DNA of 64,000 bases from Candidatus Woesearchaeota archaeon (GTDB lineage Archaea > Nanobdellota > Nanobdellia > Woesearchaeales > GW2011-AR9): NCBI GenBank assembly GCA_016185725.1, contig JACPNA010000042.1, forward strand, positions 1,681-65,680, in the 5' to 3' direction. Below are positions 58,276 to 64,000 of the stretch, one piece after another. The notes under the pieces are model-generated. The model did no database searches. It saw only the letters and a program-made list of their open reading frames with translations, and was not told where the DNA came from. Position 1 is the first letter of the stretch. Each line of letters starts with the position of its first letter. The position numbers were made by a program, and so were the translations under genes.

Positions 58276-59394
58276 ATGGAACTACCACTAACAAACCAAC
58301 CCTTATTCCACCGTTTCCAAGAATTCTTTAAAACTCTTTCTAAAAACGACAAAATTGCCATTTATCACGACACTGACCCAGATGGCATCACTTCTGCAAA
58401 AATCATTACTGCTTGTTTAAACCGCTTGAATCTTAACGTTAAGTTATATTTACAAAGTCAAAAAGGCGAAATTGATATTAGCAATGAAAACATTGCTCTT
58501 ATCAAAAAACATCATATCACTAAACTCATTACTACCGATAAAGCGATCGAATGTTCTCCTGAACAAATTAAAAAAGTAGAACAATTTGCGAATATTTGTA
58601 TCTTCGACCACCATGTTATAGAAAATGACATCTCTTCAACAAAAACAGTGTTCCTTAAACCGCAATTATTATTCCAAACTAATCGTCCTGATCAATATTG
58701 TAGTGCCAAATTTACCTACGATCTTCTCAACACTCTCACTCCTTTAGACGACCTCGATTGGATTTGCTTAGCTGGTGTTATTGGTGATATGGCTTTTCCC
58801 GCTTGGCCTGAATTTGTCCATAAAACTCTTAAAAAATACAAATTAAAAAACAAAGACCTCTTCTCCACCAAAATTGGTCTTCTCACTCAATTAATTTCCT
58901 TTGCCGAATCTCTTGATGAACAAAAAAAATGTTTAAAGATCATTCTTTCATCTAATAACCTCACCCAAGCCCTTTCCCTGATGCGCCCTTATATGAAAGT
59001 GAAGTTAGAACTTGATAACTACACCCAAAAATTTGATAAACATGCAGAAAAATACAACCAGAACAATCTTTTAATTTTAGAAGTCAAATCACCCTACAAA
59101 ATAAAATCCTTGATTAGCAGCAAAATTGCCCACAAAAAATATCCTCATAAAACTATTATTACTACGCAAAAAATCGGACAGTTCATGACTATCTCTGCCC
59201 GCCGTAATGATTGTAAAATAAGCATGAATATTCTTTTAAAAAAATCTCTTGGCAACCTTCCCGGCAACGCCGGTGGTCATATTCCTGCCTCTGGCGCTTC
59301 TGTATCCATTAAAGATTATCCCGAATTCAAACAAAATCTCATCAAAAACGAACTAGAAATGCGCACGGAAAAAAAATCTAAAACTGCTTCTTAA
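58276..59394 (+). CDS. DHH/DHHA1-family phosphoesterase (short RecJ/GAN/NrnA-like)
   Basis: It has a DHH motif (ICIFDHHVIEND), an Asp-rich motif (IYHDTDPDGITSA) and a DHHA1 GGH motif (NAGGHIPASGAS). It has 372 aa. Confidence 0.7.
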   Translation: MELPLTNQPLFHRFQEFFKTLSKNDKIAIYHDTDPDGITSAKIITACLNRLNLNVKLYLQSQKGEIDISNENIALIKKHHITKLITTDKAIECSPEQIKKVEQFANICIFDHHVIENDISSTKTVFLKPQLLFQTNRPDQYCSAKFTYDLLNTLTPLDDLDWICLAGVIGDMAFPAWPEFVHKTLKKYKLKNKDLFSTKIGLLTQLISFAESLDEQKKCLKIILSSNNLTQALSLMRPYMKVKLELDNYTQKFDKHAEKYNQNNLLILEVKSPYKIKSLISSKIAHKKYPHKTIITTQKIGQFMTISARRNDCKISMNILLKKSLGNLPGNAGGHIPASGASVSIKDYPEFKQNLIKNELEMRTEKKSKTAS

Positions 59395-59683
59395 ACCTAA
59401 AACTACTTCTCCAGACAAAAATCCCACATAAATTGGAAGAACTTTCGATAACCCTCCGCTAGTACTTTACTTTTCAAAACAAATTGTAATGGCTCATCAT
59501 AAAGTTCTCCTAGTTTAACCACCACAAATGGAACTACATAATCTCCCAATATGTCCACCGCCGTAGCACTAGAATATTTCTTTGGTAAAAATTTATACGA
59601 CTTACCCGCAATATTTAAGAATAATGATGTCTAATAATTTTTGTATCCTATTATTTTAATTGATATACAAATCAAACCACTCT

Positions 59684-60640
59684 TCACCGAATTCCCACCA
59701 ACATCACAAACGCTAAAAAACTTTCTAACTGAATATACTCATCACTTCCTTCTACCATCCTAAACTCTACTTCTCCGCATTTATCAACTAACTCTACTTT
59801 TTTTCGATCATCGAGATACAAATTCCAGATCTCTTTTTGAATTTGTTTAATCACATCAATTCCCGACAGCCCATAATCCAGCATCAATGATAATAGCTTC
59901 TTCCTTGCCTCAATGAAATTACCATTCGCTGCAATCGACAAAACTTCATTGACCTCTCTCGGTTTCGCTACTGAAGCCATAGAATAAACCAAATTCGCAT
60001 CAATTTTTGCATTCAGAACCGCACAACTCTGCATAATATTCTCTAATTTTCGACAATCGCCTTCACACACTTCAAATAACGCCTTTCGTGCATCAGAAGA
60101 AACTTCCAATTTTTCTCCCTTACCCACTGTATCAATAACCACGCCAATCTCTTGTTCTGATAACGGCTTAAACCGAAATACTGCGCATCGACTTTGTATT
60201 GGATCAATAATCTTTGAACTATAATTACATGATAAAATAAAACGGCAAGTCTTAGTATAATTCTCCATTGTCCGTCTAAGAGCCTGTTGTGCTTCTCGTG
60301 TCAAAGCATCCGATTCATCTAAATAAATCAATTTAAATGGCACATCGCCGATTGCTCTTGTTCGCGCAAAATCCTTAACCTTGACCCTGATAATATCAAT
60401 TCCTCGTTCATCAGAAGCATTTAATTCTAATGTGTTATCACGCCAATATTCTCCAAATAACTGCTTAGCAATAACCAAAGACAGCGTTGTCTTACCTATT
60501 CCCGCCGGTCCGGAAAACAACAAATGAGGCATATTTCCTGATTTTACAAACGCTGCCACTTTTTCTACAATTTCCTTCTGACCTTTAACCTCATCAAAAC
60601 TTGCTGGTCTATACTTCTCTGTCCAAATTGTCGAAGTCAT
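59684..60640 (-). CDS. rfcS: Replication factor C small subunit
   Basis: It has a Walker A (LLFSGPAGIGKTT), a DEAD-like box (IYLDESDAL) and an SRC motif region. It has 318 aa. Confidence 0.9.
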   Translation of the reverse strand: MTSTIWTEKYRPASFDEVKGQKEIVEKVAAFVKSGNMPHLLFSGPAGIGKTTLSLVIAKQLFGEYWRDNTLELNASDERGIDIIRVKVKDFARTRAIGDVPFKLIYLDESDALTREAQQALRRTMENYTKTCRFILSCNYSSKIIDPIQSRCAVFRFKPLSEQEIGVVIDTVGKGEKLEVSSDARKALFEVCEGDCRKLENIMQSCAVLNAKIDANLVYSMASVAKPREVNEVLSIAANGNFIEARKKLLSLMLDYGLSGIDVIKQIQKEIWNLYLDDRKKVELVDKCGEVEFRMVEGSDEYIQLESFLAFVMLVGIR

Positions 60641-60694
60641 AAAATATCAAGACTATACTTAGTTTATAAGTTTTACTCCCCCCAAATCTCTACA

Positions 60695-60886
60695 CTAAAA
60701 AACATATAATATCACTTGCTTAAAAATACTAAACATTTGCGGCAAAGACAAATTAAACACAAAAACAACTACTAACGTAGCTAATAACACCCAAATCATT
60801 GCTTTCAGCACCAACGTTAAAATCTCCTCTAAAAAAACCAAAATTAACACCCCCGATGCTATAACTATAAGCAAAAATATATCCAT
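60695..60886 (-). CDS. Possible small 2-TM membrane protein (63 aa)
   Basis: It is a hydrophobic ORF between rfcS and mscS on the same strand. It has no homology signal and may be spurious. Confidence 0.2.
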   Translation of the reverse strand: MDIFLLIVIASGVLILVFLEEILTLVLKAMIWVLLATLVVVFVFNLSLPQMFSIFKQVILYVF

Positions 60887-60945
60887 TTAAAACCTAAAAA
60901 CAGAGAAAGTATTTAATAATTACTCTAAAAAATAAATTTAAAAAA

Positions 60946-62016
60946 TTAATCCTTCACATGAACAACTTGTGTAGGATAAGGAATCATAATCTTAGCCTTA
61001 TTTAAAGCATTATATACTTCTTCCGTTATCTTCAGCTGCATCGCCGCTTCTTTATCCCAATGCTCCACCCAAAAGAATACCCTAAACTTCAATGCAAAAT
61101 CTCCCATCTCAAAAAATTGTACCGAAGGAGCCGGTTTTTTGGAAACACCCTCTATTTTACTCACTACACCCATTACCACCTTCCTCACTTTCTCTACATC
61201 CGTGCCATATTCCACCCCAAAATCTACTCGTCCTCTAACTCTAGTATCTGGCTGAGTAAAATTCATCACTCTTGAATTTGCTAAATAACCATTGGGGATA
61301 TACACTACTTCATTATTGAAAGTCATCAACTTTGTGCTTCTCAACCCAATATCGTGAATAATTCCCACTTCTCCGCTTTCCAATTTTATCTTATCCCCGA
61401 TTTGGTAAGTCTTATCAACTAATAAATTAATTCCGCCAAGAACATTCTTCAAAGAATCCTGCAACGCTAATCCTAACACAATACCACTGATACCCACGCC
61501 AGCTAAATAAGGAGTAATATTAATCCCCCATATATTAAGCGCCCACATCAACGCAATTATCACAAATACGATATGCGATGCTTTATGAAATAACGGTAAT
61601 AACACATCATCTAATTTACTTTCTGTTCTCTTAGAAAATGTTATGCCCCACCCTTCAATGAATACATCTAAAACCCTCATTAACACAAACAAAAATGTTA
61701 CTGCTAACAACGTATCCACAACATTAACCAGCCGATCATGCCACCCCATATTAAATAAAGCTAATTTTACCCCGAAAACCAATATTAGCAAAAATATCGG
61801 CTTGCTCGTATATTTGAATATCAAATCATCAATAATTGTCTCTGTTTTCCCCGCTAAAGTTTTCAGATATCCATTAAACAAAAACAATAATACTCCCGCA
61901 AAGACTGCAAATGCCACCACTATTGCAATTGAAGAAATCAGCAGATTATCCATATATGGTAACGTATGTACTCTTCCCAACAGATTATCCATGAATGCTT
62001 GCGTTATTAAGACCAT
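60946..62016 (-). CDS. Mechanosensitive ion channel, MscS family
   Basis: It has N-terminal TM helices followed by an MscS beta-domain (LANSRVMNFTQP...). Confidence 0.85.
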   Translation of the reverse strand: MVLITQAFMDNLLGRVHTLPYMDNLLISSIAIVVAFAVFAGVLLFLFNGYLKTLAGKTETIIDDLIFKYTSKPIFLLILVFGVKLALFNMGWHDRLVNVVDTLLAVTFLFVLMRVLDVFIEGWGITFSKRTESKLDDVLLPLFHKASHIVFVIIALMWALNIWGINITPYLAGVGISGIVLGLALQDSLKNVLGGINLLVDKTYQIGDKIKLESGEVGIIHDIGLRSTKLMTFNNEVVYIPNGYLANSRVMNFTQPDTRVRGRVDFGVEYGTDVEKVRKVVMGVVSKIEGVSKKPAPSVQFFEMGDFALKFRVFFWVEHWDKEAAMQLKITEEVYNALNKAKIMIPYPTQVVHVKD

Positions 62017-62213
62017 CTTCTCTCAAGACAAACCCTTCTTTAAATATATTTCGCTTCAAAATTTTTTGTGTTATCCCCAAACTATTCCCTGTGATGAGTT
62101 TTTTTTAATTTAGAAGTTATTTAGCTTTCCACCAATTAAATTTAACCATCAACATCCAAAAAAATCAACCAACACTAAAAAAAGAAGAATAAATTAAAAA
62201 TTCTTACTTGAAA

Positions 62214-62498
62214 TTAATCCTCTTTCATATCCCCCACATCACCGGAAGGAACAGCATTTCTTGAAATGATCACTACATCCCCAATTGACTTCACTAGTTG
62301 ATGTGGTACAATGACCCCTCTTGCACTGCCGATAACTCTGCTTAAGAAAGAAGTTTTAGTTGCTTTAATTCTCCACCCAGAAATTTTATTTCCTGCCAGA
62401 ATACATTCCTCTATGTCGCCAAAGTAATCACCTGAATCTGTGAACACTTTTAAATCATACGAATCCGATAATTTTCTCATTTTTAACATAAATTTCAC
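62214..62498 (-). CDS. PRC-barrel domain protein
   Basis: The 94-aa protein has a PRC-barrel-like sequence (VIGSARGVIVPHQLVKSIGDVVIIS). Confidence 0.55.
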   Translation of the reverse strand: MKFMLKMRKLSDSYDLKVFTDSGDYFGDIEECILAGNKISGWRIKATKTSFLSRVIGSARGVIVPHQLVKSIGDVVIISRNAVPSGDVGDMKED

Positions 62499-62573
62499 CT
62501 CTATTGTAGATTATAATTATTACTCTAAAAGTAAGCCCTTAAGTTTAAATACTTTTCTGTTATGCAGTAGCTT

Positions 62574-63326
62574 ATGAAGACAATGCCTTCTCTTAAGCTC
62601 TTGGGAACTTCTCATATTGCTCAGCAAAGTATCAACGAAATAAAACACGCCATAACTGTTTTTCAGCCAGATATCATTGCTTTAGAACTAGATACCCCGC
62701 GTGCTCATTCCTTGCTATCAGAAAAACAAAACAAAATTTCCCTAACCGCCATCACTGAAATAGGTGTTAAAGGCTATTTATTCGCTAAAATCGGGCAAAT
62801 CGCCCAACAAAAATTAGGCAATTCTGTAGACATTGCCCCCGGCTCAGAAATGAAAACAGCTCTGGAACTAGCTAAAAAAAATAACCTTCAAATAGAATTA
62901 ATTGATCAGCCCATTCAAATCACCTTGAAAAACTTCTCTAAACATTTAACCTGGAAAGAAAAATTTCATTTCTTCACCGATATCCTCCACGGAATTTTCT
63001 TTCCGAAAAAACAACTTCGTGAATTTGGCCTGGAAAAACTAGATTTACGTAAAGTTCCCGAAAAAGAACTAATCATGAAAATAGTCGCCCAGCTAAAAAA
63101 ACGCTACCCTAACATCTATAAAACCCTTATTGACGACCGTAATCGTTATATGGTTAAATGCCTTGTTAAACTTCTACGCGAACATCCCGGAAAAAAAATT
63201 CTGACCATTGTCGGCGCCGGCCATTTAGACGGCATGCAAGAGTTATTGTTAAAGATAGATGTTATAAGAACAGGAGAGAACTTTGCAAAAAATCATCCTA
63301 AAGAGAAAAATCTCATACCCCACTAA
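62574..63326 (+). CDS. TraB/GumN-family protein
   Basis: The N-terminus is LKLLGTSHIAQQSINEIKHAITVFQPDIIALELD and a GAGHLDG-type motif lies near the C-terminus. Confidence 0.7.
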   Translation: MKTMPSLKLLGTSHIAQQSINEIKHAITVFQPDIIALELDTPRAHSLLSEKQNKISLTAITEIGVKGYLFAKIGQIAQQKLGNSVDIAPGSEMKTALELAKKNNLQIELIDQPIQITLKNFSKHLTWKEKFHFFTDILHGIFFPKKQLREFGLEKLDLRKVPEKELIMKIVAQLKKRYPNIYKTLIDDRNRYMVKCLVKLLREHPGKKILTIVGAGHLDGMQELLLKIDVIRTGENFAKNHPKEKNLIPH

Positions 63327-63385
63327 ATTTTTTACTGAAAAAAAACTACAATTTTTACCGTAACATTTTTAAAAAACAACCCCTT

Positions 63386-63824
63386 TTAACTTCATAAAGT
63401 AGCAGTGGCAGGAGCTCACACAAACCGCAGGTCGTATGTTGTGGGATTGAGTCTAATCACAAAATCCCACTTGAATGAATTTCAATTCAAATATTTGACT
63501 TGCTCAACGGTTTGCGAGGAAAGTCCGTCCACCAGTAAAGAGAATTAACCTCTCTCTACAACATGACCGCTTCCCTAGGAAGGAGGAGAAATCCCTCGGC
63601 TCTGGCTCAGAAACGACATGTCCATAACTAAGGATGATATTGGCGAAGCTTCTTGTGAAAGAAGTCAGTTAACCCTTTGACATTGGTTATGGGAACAATT
63701 AAACGGCGAAACCTGGTCGGTGCAAGTACATTTATGTACGCTTAGTAGAATGCTCTAAACGACTATCGGCATTTCTTAGAAATGTTTTGGGTCTTACAAA
63801 AGACGGCTTACGCCACTCTACTTT
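63386..63824 (+). ncRNA. rnpB: RNase P RNA (archaeal), boundaries approximate
   Basis: CR-I-like GAGGAAAGUCCG lies at 63516-63527. CR-V-like ACAAAAGACGGCUUACGCC lies at 63797-63815. The terminal pairing is AAAGUAGCAGUGGC (63387-63400) with GCCACUCUACUUU (63812-63824). It is a GC-enriched island, and a TTTAAAAA TATA-like element lies about 20-25 nt upstream. Confidence 0.55.
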
Positions 63825-64000
63825 TCTTTATTTTAGTGAACAACATAATTAAAGCCTAATTTTATATGTCGTTTACTATCTAATGAGCGACACAATTTAA
63901 TGATTTGCTTATGTCACTCATTATTTAACCAAAAACTATAAAAACTACCCTAAAAAACAATACTTTTATGACCGATGACAAAATTCGCTTGCCTTCAGGA

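Noticed and set aside
61643-62113. 156-aa plus-strand ORF
   Set aside because: It is antisense to the MscS channel gene, which has clear family signatures.
1-64000. Mobile elements, CRISPR arrays, integrases, restriction-modification or toxin-antitoxin genes
   Set aside because: None could be supported. No direct-repeat arrays, transposase or integrase motifs, or Cas signatures were seen. The window reads as core chromosome plus a glycan island.

Overview
This is a visibly AT-rich archaeal chromosomal segment. It is archaeal because it carries the eukaryote/archaea-specific proteins eS4, eL32, eL19, aSUI1, Rpp29, Nop5 and fibrillarin, the RFC small subunit, and a SecY-terminated ribosomal superoperon in the canonical archaeal order. 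Short proteins and Lys/Glu-rich tails on many ribosomal proteins suggest a streamlined, possibly DPANN-like lineage, but this is inference. The window has two parts and nothing mobile: no transposase, integrase, CRISPR array or tRNA is visible. Part A (1-33 kb) is a large nucleotide-sugar and surface-glycosylation island. It starts with a GDP-heptose module (hddA, gmhA, a 4,6-dehydratase). Next come a fused dTDP-glucose 4,6-dehydratase/glucose-1-P thymidylyltransferase protein, a DegT aminotransferase, GT2 and GT4 glycosyltransferases, a B12-binding radical-SAM enzyme and two SAM methyltransferases. It also holds three large GT-C-like polytopic membrane proteins, each near a polyprenyl-phosphate-sugar-synthase-like GT2, and two PF03706 flippase-like proteins. 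A bi-domain (MDR + Gfo/Idh/MocA) oxidoreductase next to a heparinase II/III-like protein and a DUF354 protein next to a nucleotide-sugar 6-dehydrogenase follow. A UDP-GlcA branch (UGD, UXS, UDP-GlcA 4-epimerase) and a two-subunit 2-oxoacid:ferredoxin oxidoreductase close the island. Part B (33-64 kb) starts with an orphan 5S rRNA on the minus strand, followed by a His-rich thioredoxin-fold membrane protein, a DUF106/YidC-like insertase with an inserted domain and a tandem-duplicated Lrp/AsnC regulator. A cupredoxin lipoprotein and a GNAT come next, then the complete L3-to-SecY ribosomal operon (24 genes, all minus strand). After it are nop5-fibrillarin, a ferredoxin, two paralogous lipoproteins, a short DHH/DHHA1 (RecJ-like) protein convergent with RFC-S, MscS, a PRC-barrel protein and TraB. 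A probable RNase P RNA lies at the 3' end. The most notable items are the unusual gene fusions and the GT-C paralogs in the glycan island, the orphan 5S with its TATA box, the long RNase P RNA candidate, and structured intergenic hairpins upstream of the radical-SAM gene.
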